Source of the DNA: Azolla caroliniana
Taxonomy: Eukaryota > Plantae > Polypodiophyta
Length of the DNA stretch: 64,000 nucleotides
Assembly: GCA_043228905.1 (NCBI GenBank)
Contig: JBHGNT010000017.1
Location: forward strand, 682,001 to 746,000
Direction: 5' to 3'
Shown: positions 52,660 through 64,000 of the stretch, piece after piece
Position numbering within the stretch: the first letter of the stretch is position 1
Layout: every line of letters starts with the position of its first letter
The notes under the pieces: model-generated
Told to the model about the DNA's origin: nothing
The model's database searches: none
Seen by the model: the letters and a program-made list of their open reading frames with translations, nothing else
Translations under genes and position numbers: made by a program

Positions 52660-54060
52660 AACATTCATTAACATCATGTACGGGGGAATAGTTGCGCCAA
52701 CCCCTCATATTGAACCCACTATTTACGTCAAAAGAGGAGGTAATGTTAGGGAAGAGAACTAGGTTGAATTGGGCCGACTTTGATAAAGGTGAAGCTGAGT
52801 CAATGGGGAATTGACTGACTTTTTCTTCTTCGGTGATGGAAAACAAAACCCATGTTTGTAGTACAATTTGGGGAGGGAACATTATGTATGCAGAAATGGA
52901 TAGAGTCTTTACGATATCTTCCTTTCATCCTTCTCAAACTAGTCTATTTTGGTATGGTATGTTTTCATCCCTACATGTCTTGTTGGGGGTTAGGGGCTAT
53001 AAAAACCCTCATGAATGCCTTTACTTCGATGTTTTGCCTTTTGGACGATTTCATTATCTCTTTGTGGAAGACGGAATTGCAACTCAAGGGAACATGTTGC
53101 CTATTAGTATATTGTGGAAGAAAGATAAAAAATGGATGTTGAATCCACATCCAAATGATATAAACAATCTTTCTGAATTATGGTCTATGAGAATAAGCCC
53201 ATTGATCGCCTTTTGTGGGATCTTGGTGAGTGGAAATGGCAAATCATATTAACACAAGGAATGTTAGGTAAGCAAATCCCATTTTTTCAGTATTCGGTAA
53301 AAATGGGTAGAGAAATGCTAAAAGGGGGGGTTGTTGCGCCAGTAGCTTGTAAATTTTGGAGATATGGTAATGTAATAAACTCTTGGTTGAATGCTTATTG
53401 GAAATGGTTATGGGCCATGCAAATTCCTAAAAACATTGTGTTATTTCGATGGTTGTTGACACATTATGGCATTCATGTGAAGTCATGGATGCGGGGGCAT
53501 TGCCATGATTTAATATGTGATAGTTGTGGTTCTTCCATTGAATCGGTTTACCATGTTTTATGGATATGTCCTATTGCCAGAACAGATTGGAAAAGAATGT
53601 TGAGAATGTTGTATCCTATTTATGGTAAGCAGGTGTACGCATGGGGTTTTGTGAGATAGGGAAGATTGGCTAAAGAAATTCAGAACTATGAAAAGGAGTT
53701 CATTGATTTTCTTCTCTCTGATGGAAGACATGTATTGGAGGTCTCTTATACTACAACAATCCGTTGTTTAGAAGAGGACAGGGTCTGGTCTACGATATCT
53801 TCTTTAGTAGTTTGGGTATTGTGGAAGGCTAGATGTAAATGTGTATTTCAAAAAGTTAAACAGAATGCGATTGAGTTAGTCAAAGAGATATGGTTAATGC
53901 TCTTACATACTTTAAGAGGTCAATATGAAGCAATAACTGGTGAGCTCGAAGTTGTGATTAGTAAACAACAACAGTTTCGAGAAATTTGGAAAAAGGCAGA
54001 GGTCTTCACCTATTTTGGAGAGAGAATAAAGTGGAGATATGCTCCACCAAGATAGCTTTT
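52660..54060 (+). mobile_element. LINE 3' remnant (zf-RVT-like region)
   Basis: WKWLWAMQIPKNIVLFRWLLTH..CDSC..ESVYHVLWICP..W and VWVLWKARC..VF, broken by stops and frameshifts. Confidence 0.8.
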
Positions 54061-54199
54061 CCACCCCCTGTCTTGGAACAACCCTACATGAAGGATTTTA
54101 TTTATTTATTTAACTACAACATAGTTTCCATTACCAATGCAATAAGCAAATACAAGCCTATAATGATATAATTTAGTGGCAGGTAAGATATCCCACATT

Positions 54200-55300
54200 A
54201 TGTCCTAATTGAAACCAACCTCCACCTATGGAAGGAACAACCATTACGGGGGTACATTTTGTCATTCCATTTTGTCATTTCTCTCTACAAAAACTAACAA
54301 ATCATTCCATTTGCCTTCAAAGGATTGTTGTTTCAAAAAAATCATATCTTCATTACCCGTGAAGGAGTCATATTGACCTTTTAGAATTGAGATAAGCATC
54401 GACCAAATTTCCTTCACACAATGAATAGGATTTTGCTTTATTTGCTAAAACAAATTTTGACATCGACCTATCCAAATATTCCATAGAACCATCGATGATA
54501 TCGTAGCCCATACTGTGGCATCCACATTCAACCGACTTGGGCTTGAGTATGGTATGTCCTTAACTTACCTTCCCCTAGTTTGAAGGGTAAACAATATATT
54601 TTCCTTTTCATAATTATGTTTATCCACATTTACATCCATCCAAAAGACATTTCCCCATGTAATCACATTAGGTCCATATGCAACATATCAATGAAACGCA
54701 ACATACATTTCCAAACAGAACATGCAGCCATACAGTTCCATAAGGCATGTTGCATTGATTCCAAGCGAAGCCCACACAAAGAGCAAGTTTTGGTTCCCTC
54801 TCCCCTATGCATCCATTCCAAGACAGGAAGTGCACAGTGGACACACAACCATCTAAATGTAATGATTTTGCGAGGAATCTGTAGAGCCCACAACCATTTC
54901 CAAAATACCAATATTGAATGCATAGGCATATTATTATTTAACCATACCTTAGCTGCAGCCGGCATAACTAGACTCCTCCTTCGTTGGAATTCCCTACCTA
55001 ATTTTACAGAGTAGTCAAAGAAAGAAACCATCTCCTACATGAGGGCTTTTGATACTTGACATGCTGGTTGATGTGGATATGAGGGTTGTAATATATTGTA
55101 TGAATTCGTTGTAGCCTTTCGGCATCTTTCCATTAATTCCAAGGTGAATCTTCATTTTTTTTTAAACATTCATTAGCAACTACAATATTGTAGGTTTCTT
55201 TATCTTTACCGAACTTGTAAATTGTGTTAGCATACTCATTTTCAATAGTTTCTTTGATCTAATTAAAAGGTACTAAAGAACAATGCATATCGTTGAGTAT
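54200..55300 (-). mobile_element. Second LINE 3' remnant (zf-RVT-like), convergent with the first
   Basis: FWKWLWALQIPRKIITFRWLCVH..CSLC..ESMQHALWNC..VW (54663-55031). Boundaries are approximate. Confidence 0.75.
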
Positions 55301-56181
55301 TGGAGGAGCACTCAACATTACTACAAAGATCGTTTCATGAAAAAGTACATGGGTCAATGTATAGTGATGTCAAAATGCTTCATTGTGCTTGCAAAGCAAC
55401 ATAGAAAAGAAGTATGATATACCCTCTTTGGGGACTCCATAACCATTTGATAGATGATGGAGAAGCAACAATTCCAAATTTTGCTCGAGCTTCGTACGTA
55501 TAGGAAATTAACCCTTACATTAGCATGCGATATGCAACAACAAGCACACTTTACTAACTTCTTCCATAGTTATTTGCCTCCACCAATGACATGCCAAGGT
55601 GTCATCATAAAGCAAGTAGAGGAACACCAACAACAAAGGAAACAATTAGTACTAGGATATAAGACACATGGGCCATACCATCACCAATTATGTAGATAGT
55701 TCTCTCCATGTTAATCCACATGGTGACACCCAAATGCACTTGTTAAATAAACAATAAATAATAAAACAAATAAACTATTATAAATATTAAAAGATATGGC
55801 GCCTCATTTAAAAGACAACTGAAGATACATCGTGTCTCATCAGAAAGATACAGTTGGCAACTACTTGTTGCATCATTATACATTTTGTTGAATTGAATGG
55901 AACCAACACTCTAAATTGATACAAAATATTGTCATATATTCTATTCTTATACTCCTACAAAAGTCATGTCATTGCTAATCTCATAAATATAAGCCATTCA
56001 CTTCATACTTGTAAACCATCTCAAAAAATCATTTCACCTCGTGCATTTGATAATGATTGTAGCGCTTTAGAAAAGTTAGAGCTTTTATTTTTGTTTTAGT
56101 ATGAATTACTTGAATTCACCCATACTTGTAATCATGATTTGTTACATAGGCCAGTTTTAGCCTCTACTAAAAGTTAGTATA

Positions 56182-56186
<5 letters not shown>

Positions 56187-56228
<42 letters not shown>
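56187..56228. repeat. (CT)n microsatellite
   Basis: About 20 CT units. Confidence 0.9.
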
Positions 56229-56230
<2 letters not shown>

Positions 56231-58280
56231 ACGTGGTTAGAGAGCTCAAATTCTTACAATGGTCTCAAGCCTGCACCTACATCATATTCTCTTTCCCTTG
56301 GATATTAATACCTATTTATCTTCAACTAAACGACCAAATGTAATAAGATTAATTAAAAGAATCTAACTTCGTCCTCAATCATTGTCCCATATATCATATT
56401 TCTACTCTCCCATGAACATTGATAACCAACTAAAAACCATAAAATTTAGAAAACCTAACTTCAATCCTAGCCATTTGCTCCACCCCATTTGATGGATGTT
56501 AATAGCATGCATGCATGTGTGTCCATATGTTTGTATTAAAATTGCATTTTGGTAAGCCACGTTTTCATATTCCTATGCACCTAAGTAGAAAAGGATACTA
56601 ACTCGTTACTACAATACAATGCTCAGGGATCGGGGCACATGACCATTGGTTTCCACCAAACAACCCTATCAACTCCGCTACATCTATATGCTCTCGTTGT
56701 TTGGATATTGGCATGCCCTTAGAGTATGGAGTACAATTATATGAGCAAGTTAGATTCTAGCTAAAAACTGGCAATGGATTCTCGTAATACTTTTTAAATA
56801 AGTTGGGGGTTAATCATGAATGTTCACTATCTCTTGCACACTAAATGAAGTAACTAAATGAATGTCATGAATGTCATGCTAACTAAATGAAGTCTTGTTT
56901 TATGGAGTAGAAATGTGGGTGGCACTACCCACATTCTGAATGCATGGAATGAGATTGAGAAGTTTCAAAATATGTTTTTAAGGAGATAGTTGAAGTTGAA
57001 TCCACCACTACTTACTAGGTTATGCACTTTGAAGTAGTTATTTGACCTAAACGATATTGCCACTATAAAGAGTACATAGATACATTACAAGAATTGACAT
57101 CACATATTGCTTAGAATGATGGATGTGAGCTACGAACGAATCATAAGACCAAAATTCTCTCAACTAGTTCGATAGTTCACATCAAAAAATGGTTCTAAAG
57201 CTAGGATGTGGAAGATCTCTTCGAGCTTCTAAACAATGCTATGCACTTTGTGGTTATTAAGACAAGGTTAAATGAACCACCAATGAATAAGTGGGAAGGA
57301 ATATGCTTAAAGGACACAACCAGAATATTATATTGCAAATGTCCACCTTGAATGTATAAGGAAAGATTGCATATTGGTAGTATTTGAACTTATCTCATTG
57401 GATGTCAATTAGGACCTACAAGCCCAAAGTGAAACATCATTACATCAAATATGTGTGCATTGGCAAGTTAGTATTGATGTTTAAATTGCAGAAAATAATA
57501 TTTGCAACATCTCGTACAAAATTGTTAGAATATCACGCAATGCTTGGTTATAGACATGTCATTTTAGTATTACAAGTCTTTTAAAAACGACAGTTCTTTG
57601 GAAAACATGACTTATAATTTATCTTTCACACTTTACCTTTTACTCGAGAATTAAATATGCTTCTTTTTTCTATAAGAATGCACACCCGTGTCTCTGTCTC
57701 AATCAACTCAATATCTCTCTCACACACATACACAAAAGAACTTTGTTGGAGTTTATGAGCAACTTTCTTTTATAGTTAGAGACTATACGGTTGAAGAAGC
57801 TTTGGAGTATGTGTTGAGATTATCTTAGTACTTCAAAGTTCGAATAATGAGAAGTACCAAAGTAACATTTGGGCACTATTCCCATTACATTGAAATGTAC
57901 TTCAAAATCTATCAAACTGTAGTTTGTTGAGTAGTCTACAAACATTTCTGTGTCTATGATAGACAAACTTTATGTGTATTGTTTTTCCGTTTGAATTGTA
58001 AGGGCATCAAAAGGTTACCCTTTTCTTTTCTCTTAGGCACATGGTAAAAATGAGTTAGAACAAACATTGTGTGCAAAATATCAAATGCAATTGGCATTGA
58101 ATCACCTCCACATATGCATAATATAGTCATGAGAAAAAAAAAGGGGGAGCCATTTTTTTCATTTGTTTATTTAATCTTTATGAGTAAATGAGTAATGTAC
58201 AAGTAAAGTATGTAGAAAGCTCCTAAGGAAAGCAAAAAAGCAAAAGGCAAAAGCAAAGTACTCATCAAAGAGAAAGTAAG

Positions 58281-60399
58281 TTATGTGACAAAGAGAGGTT
58301 GGGGATGAGGGTTATTGTTGTCAGGGGTCCAAGGGCCACGGTGTTGGCTTTTGAACCAATGGTCTTCTTCTTCATTAACTACCTCATTTCCATAGCTTAT
58401 CTTAAATTCTTTTAATGCCCCTAATACTACTCTAAGGTTGTCTTCTTGTCCACTCTCCATGGATTGGCACACATTGCCCTTGGCAACCCCCCCATGTGCC
58501 AATGTCCCCCCCACCCCCATACCATAGCTATGCAAGCTCCTGGCTTTCCTGTAGAGAGCACCCTCTCTCTCTTCCCTCTCTTGCTCGCTGATGGCAGCTA
58601 AGAGCTTCGTATATGCTTTATGTATAAGCTTCGAGAGCCTTATGGATGAAGCTTTCGCTTCGTCTTTCACAACCGCCATGTCCCTCGAGTACCCGTCAAG
58701 TTGTAGGCAGTTGTCGAGGAAAAGGGCGGATTTGTCGGGGCTATGCTTGAGGGAGAGCAAGAGATAGGCCTTCTCCACATCGTCCATCCCACAATGTTGG
58801 GGCATATCTAGCACCATCCGAGCATCGAGATCAGTGCACGATCCCAACCTCCTCCTCGTGGCGATAATCTTGCTATTGATATACTCGAGACCTGATGAGA
58901 TATTGTCAATATTGTCAATGTCGGTGGAGGACGATGCGGACGAGTAACATGAAGACGAAGACGAAAATGAAGAAGAAGAAGAAGAAGCTGATGACGATGA
59001 CGATGACGATGACGAGTAGGAGGTGTTATTGTTGTTATGCATTGCCTCCCATTGTGAGGCTTCGAAAACCATCTTAAGTTGTTGGAGGTCGAGCAAACAT
59101 TCGGTGAAGTTCTTCACCATCTCTTGCAAGGATGCTCGCACGCTAAGCGCCTTGGTGGACCTAGGGTTCAAAGCGAGGTTCCGGTTGCAATCGGCCAACG
59201 CGTCCACGACTTTGCCCATGGCTTGGTACCCGATGGCCCGGTGGAGATAGCAATCGGCGAGGAACCACGGGGGGACGCCCTTCTTACCCTCCACGATCTT
59301 GGACAAGTGGCGGATCGATTCGGCGTAAAGCCCCGATTCGAGGGCTACAAGCGCGGCCGAGCGGCGTCGTAAGAGGAGCTTGATGTGGGTGATCATGTCA
59401 TTGACAAGGTTAATTCCATTGGGATATTGGGATGTGGGGTTATGCCGTGACGAGTTGTGATGATCCGATGGGCAATTGAAATCGTCGTCACGGATTCCAT
59501 TGCTATAGCGCCGAGATGCATCGGATGCGGACCTCTTTCCGCTTTGTAGCAGGATTGTGGCTTCCTCCATCATGCCTAAATGGTAGCAAGCTTGGCCAAG
59601 GATCAAATATCTCCATTCCATCCCATTACTGTTATTATGACTGCCACTATACCTACTACTACCACCAATCCTACCACTGCTACTAAGATTATTATACCTG
59701 TTACTGCTGTGACAGCTTTCTTGACTAGAATTAGTACTGCTATTAGTGGAGGGATTTCTTCTAAATATGTAGGCCAAAGGCTTCATGCCAACTATTCTAA
59801 GCTTCTTCTTGGTACCTTTTTGATGATCGGTTGCTAGGGAAGCACTAGATGCATTCACAATGGTGTGGTTGTTATTACGTCGCTGATCAATCAAAGATGG
59901 TGAGCTGTGCAGAGTTGGGAGGTATTCGTGGAGAAGATCGACAATGTCTTTGAAGCGGTTGAGTGAGAGGAGAGCTCTGGATTTGAGCTCAAGGCCTGCT
60001 TCATTGGAAGGATAGAGCTGTAGAGCTAAAGCTATGGGTCCCAACAGGGCTTCCTCGGTTTCTTCACGGTTTCCTGATGCAAGAAGCCTTTGGGCATGCC
60101 TGAGGTGATGTCGAGCCATCTGCACAAAACAATCAGAGAGGTGGGGAGAAATGCAAGTAAATCAGTGGTCACGTTTGGTGCAGATATATGGAAATTAAAC
60201 AGAGATTCAGCAATCCGTTCAGAAATTGAACCTAAGCAGGAAGAAGGAGAGGAAATCTGTAAATAGGATGAAGTCTCAAATCAGGACTAATGTAGGAGGA
60301 AGATATCAGGACTAATGTAGAGGGGATTGATGTACATATGTATATATATACCTGAGATTTGCTGAAGTAGCAATGGCGTCTGAGGGGGGAGGTAGGCAT
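58281..60399 (-). CDS. TPR-repeat protein with C-terminal atypical DnaJ domain (resembles the Arabidopsis At2g47440/At3g62570 family), ~628 aa, 2 exons
   Basis: Exon 1 60399-60352 (MPTSPLRRHCYFSKSQ|gtata). Exon 2 60119-58281 (cag|MARHHL..). Motifs: ELKSRALLSLNRFKDI, WRYLILGQACYHLGMMEEA..LQSGKR, LLRRRSAALVALESGLYAESIRH, ALADCNRNLALNP; J-like AYLLLSLKHSPDK. Confidence 0.92.
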
Positions 60400-61417
60400 G
60401 GCGAGAAGGAGGCGCTGCTTTTCTCTGAGTGAGTTTTTTTGTGATGTATCTTCTCCTTAAAGAAGAAGAAGAAGAAGAAGAAGAAGAAGGAGAAGGAGAA
60501 GAAGAAGACCCAGAAGAAGAAGAAGAAGTGTGTGTATACAGTATGATCTTTCTTCCTTTTATTTCTTTAAAATGATTTAAATAGTTTTGGTTTCCGATTT
60601 AAGTCTGGGGGTTTTCTTTTCTTTTCCCTCGAATTCTCTTCACATATTTTCTCCCCCTTTTTTCCTTTTCATTAATTTTTAAGCAAATTTTCTGCTTCCT
60701 CTGATTTTCTTTATGTATTTTGTTTTGAAAATCGTCCACTTCTCCTCACACACACACATATGTCCATTTTCCATTTTCCATTTTTTATTTCCTTTTTAAC
60801 AGCAATTTTCCTACACGCATTTGTTTCGATTAATTTGGCGAATTTAAATATTTATTTATTTGAACTCCCACACATACATACATATGTATGTATGTGTCTT
60901 CTCGAATAATGAAATGAATAAATTCCCGATTACAAAATTAAACGCCTCCTTCCTCTCTCGTTCTTTTTTTCTTGTGTCATTGTTTTGGTCTTGTTTGTGT
61001 CTGTAGGAAGAAGAAGAAGCAGCAGAAATTAATGTGGGAATTAGTTTTGGGAAATAAAGAAGAAGGAAATTAATGTGTGAAATAAATTGAGAAGAAGGAA
61101 AAAAAAAGGAGGAAAGGGAAGGGGGGGGGGGGGGGGGGGGGGCAAGCAATCACCATCGAGCAGGAAATTAAAATAAATGCACCTCCCCCCCCCCCCCCAA
61201 TCTCCTCTTATCAAAAATAAAATAAAAGAATGAATGAAGAAGAAGTAAAAAAAACATTCCAAGAGAGCAGGCAAGAAAGAAAGCGAAGGAAAATGAAATT
61301 CCATGGAAATGTTCGTTCGTTCGTTCGTTCGTTGGCTCCAAAGAAAAAAGAAGGAAGGAAAGATTGAATTTAGAAGAAGGCGACAGGCTACAGCAGCGTT
61401 TTCCAGGCCCGGCAGGG

Positions 61418-61606
61418 CCAATGGCAGGCCGCCACGTCAGCGTTGGCCCTCTTGCGTTCAGACAAGAAGGTGGTGGTGGGGAGGGGGGGGCCCAACGACA
61501 CACGCCCAGTCATCATCTGGATCTCGCTTCCACGTCACCATGCCTTCTGGCCTCCCTCACCTCCACGTCAGCACCCCATGCCACGTCGCCCTTTGCCACG
61601 TGTCCC
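61418..61606. promoter_or_regulatory. ERSE-like element plus cluster of CCACGT (G-box/hex/UPRE-like) motifs upstream of the TPR-J gene
   Basis: CCAAT-GGCAGGCCG-CCACG (CCAAT-N9-CCACG) at 61418-61436. CCACGTCA occurs at ~61432, 61529 and 61563, GCCACGTC at ~61580 and GCCACGTG at ~61595, all in a GC-rich island. Confidence 0.55.
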
Positions 61607-64000
61607 CTATCCCCCCCCCCCCCCTCTTAGGGCTTGGTTTCACACTGCACCATGGACCAATCATTATTCCTTCCGACCCATGCACATTCACACACACGCT
61701 TCGGACTAATTCTCGCATGCCGACTTTGTCATGGCCCCTCTCGTAGACCACCACGGGCAGTTCCTGAAAATTGCATCCCCCCCCCCTTCCATTGGTTACC
61801 AAGTATCCATACCAGGTCATTGAGAAACTGCTTGTGAATGTGGGGTGGACAAGAAATTGTCTACGTTGTTGAGATTGGTGAAATAACTATCCGTACCAAC
61901 GTCATTCAGGCCGGCCAAACCTCGTAAGGAGCAGAAAATGAAACAAATTAATTAGCTTCGTTGGACGAACTCATATCCCCCCTAGTAAATGGCTTTAACT
62001 TGGCTTTAAACTACCTCTTGGGCATCCGAGTTTTGTCCACCCAAAACTATTTATCCAATTCAATCTCTGTCAAAGCCCTCTTTAAATCTTTTCTTTCCCA
62101 ATTTGTTTGTGGACTCTGAATATTTAAGCCCCCTCTTTTAAGTACGGGCTTAAAAGAGGATTTCCAAGTTGGTTCTAAGAGAGCATAAAAAAGCGGACAT
62201 GTTAACACCAATACAAAATATAAAACATGACAATGTTGGCACTAGAGTATATACGTTGTAAAATGAAGGTGGTTTCAAATTTATTAAATTGCATAAACCA
62301 AAGAGGTTCCTAACACCTAAAGCCCCAAGTGTTTAGATGGTTGTGCCAAATTGAGACCCATGGAATTACTTGCAATTTGTGCATGAGAGATGCCCTGAGA
62401 AGTCAATGATTGTATGATGAAAGAAATCACTCATCTATATTTTCATAGTAGGATATTATGATCAAGGACAATGCTAGTAGGACAAGACTTTTGCATGACT
62501 CCCAATAAGATTAACCTTCATCCCTTTCTTAGTGTCTCCTTGCTAAAATTTGATGCATTGACATCCTCAAAGTCGCCCTCTATTGGGATCACGTTGTAAA
62601 TCCTCAACCATTTATAGATGCTTAAAAGGATCAAGGCTTATTGTTTTTGTGGCACTTGCATTATCAAAAGTATTCATATGGTTGCATAATGACCAATGTA
62701 ATATTATACATGTCATCCTCCAACAGTTGGTCATTATACAAATTTCATTGTATTATGTATAATGACCAATGGTTGGAGACAATTTGCCTTCCATTGATTG
62801 TTCATCTAGAATTGTAGGAAGAATATGCAAGTTCCACTGCTAATATTTCATGTAGGCATGTTCACATTACCATAGTATATGGTTTCAAAACCAGGTATGT
62901 CGTAAGATCTTACCACCCATGGAAAATATTGATAATACCCTCTCTATCAATATCTTGCAAGTTTCTCTCTCTCTCTCTCTCTCTCTACATACATACATAC
63001 ATATACATATACATATACATATATATATGTATATATATATATATATATATATACTAACCTTATAAAAATGTAATGACATTAGATTGAATTCATTAACCAA
63101 ATATGTTGATCTACATACATAGATACACACCAAGAGTTACATCAACGAGGGAAGGTGGCACTACTTGCATGGGGAAATACCTACCTTGTAACTGTATGAA
63201 TAGAATGGTTAATTGTATGGTTATAATTGATGTTATTGCATGGTTACATGCATCCAAACCCATCTTTTAAGAATTAGGGTCCTCGTGAAACATATAATTC
63301 AAGTACAAAACATTGAATGCATGCAATGTTTTCTTCCACATCCATTATGTGCATGAATGTTATTAGTAGTTTTGCTCACTTATTTTGAGTCATATACCAC
63401 AAATTCAATCTTATTGTCATTATTCTCTCAAACTCCATTCAACTTATGTCACTAATTGCAAGGAAGCAATTATCCCCTTCAAAATCCACGAGGTGCATAT
63501 CAACACGATTGTTAAATCTATTAGTTATGGTTAAAATTGATATCATCACATCATTACATGCATATGCCAATGTTTCTTATGGAAGATTTATTTTAAGCAT
63601 GGGAACATTGACTAGATAAACATAACATTCTTTGGAAATGTACTTGGATTCTTGACAAATCGGGCGCATGATTGGGAATTCACATTGAATATTGCCTCCT
63701 ATATTCTCGATTGCCAATTCATCAAATGAAACTTGGTGAAGACCATGTCACAAAAAGACACATTCAAACTTCAATCTATGCTATTCAACAAAGTTGAGAA
63801 GTAAACCTTTATTAAAATATTCATGTCAAGGTCATTCGAATTTTCCAACCATAGTGAATGACAAGAAAAAGCCTTGGTGTCACGATTCATGATGCCAAGC
63901 TTAGAAATGGTGTAGAATTTTATGATCTAGTAAATGAAAGAGATTTCCACACCATCTTGGAAGGTGCTCATGTTGTCATTTCAAGTTTCACATTCAATCA

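Noticed and set aside
58895-59837. Plus-strand ORFs antisense to the TPR-J gene
   Set aside because: Shadow ORFs of a GC-richer, repeat-containing CDS.
60856-61837. Many short ORFs in the GC-rich upstream island
   Set aside because: Low complexity and driven by homopolymer runs; no family motif recognised. Only uORF potential is retained as a finding.
62300-64000. Possible retroelement pol remnant at the window end
   Set aside because: Only vague similarity; no intact motif to support a call.

Overview
AT-rich eukaryotic nuclear DNA from a land plant. Long TE-filled introns and the gene styles suggest a fern such as Ceratopteris, but that is inference. Five protein-coding genes can be reconstructed by hand with GT..AG introns and continuous reading frames: (1) an intronless CLE peptide precursor (6745-7428,+; RLVPTGPNPLHN); (2) a 19-exon CTC1 telomere CST-complex gene (16806-36356,+; ~1354 aa); (3) a 2-exon VIP3/SKI8 WD40 gene (39488-44291,-); (4) an 8-exon SAP30BP/HCNGP gene (46428-51693,-); (5) a 2-exon TPR + atypical J-domain gene (58281-60399,-). 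There is also a tRNA-Gly(TCC), an intact hAT-type MITE with 26-bp TIRs and an 8-bp TSD just upstream of CTC1, and decayed Copia, Gypsy and LINE remnants. I found no clearly new biological system. The most interesting signals are a duplicated pseudo-exon inside CTC1, an orphan copy of a SAP30BP exon lying beyond VIP3, an ERSE/ACGT-box cluster upstream of the TPR-J gene, and an unusually long His-rich CLE precursor. All family calls come from recognising motifs by eye, not from database searches.
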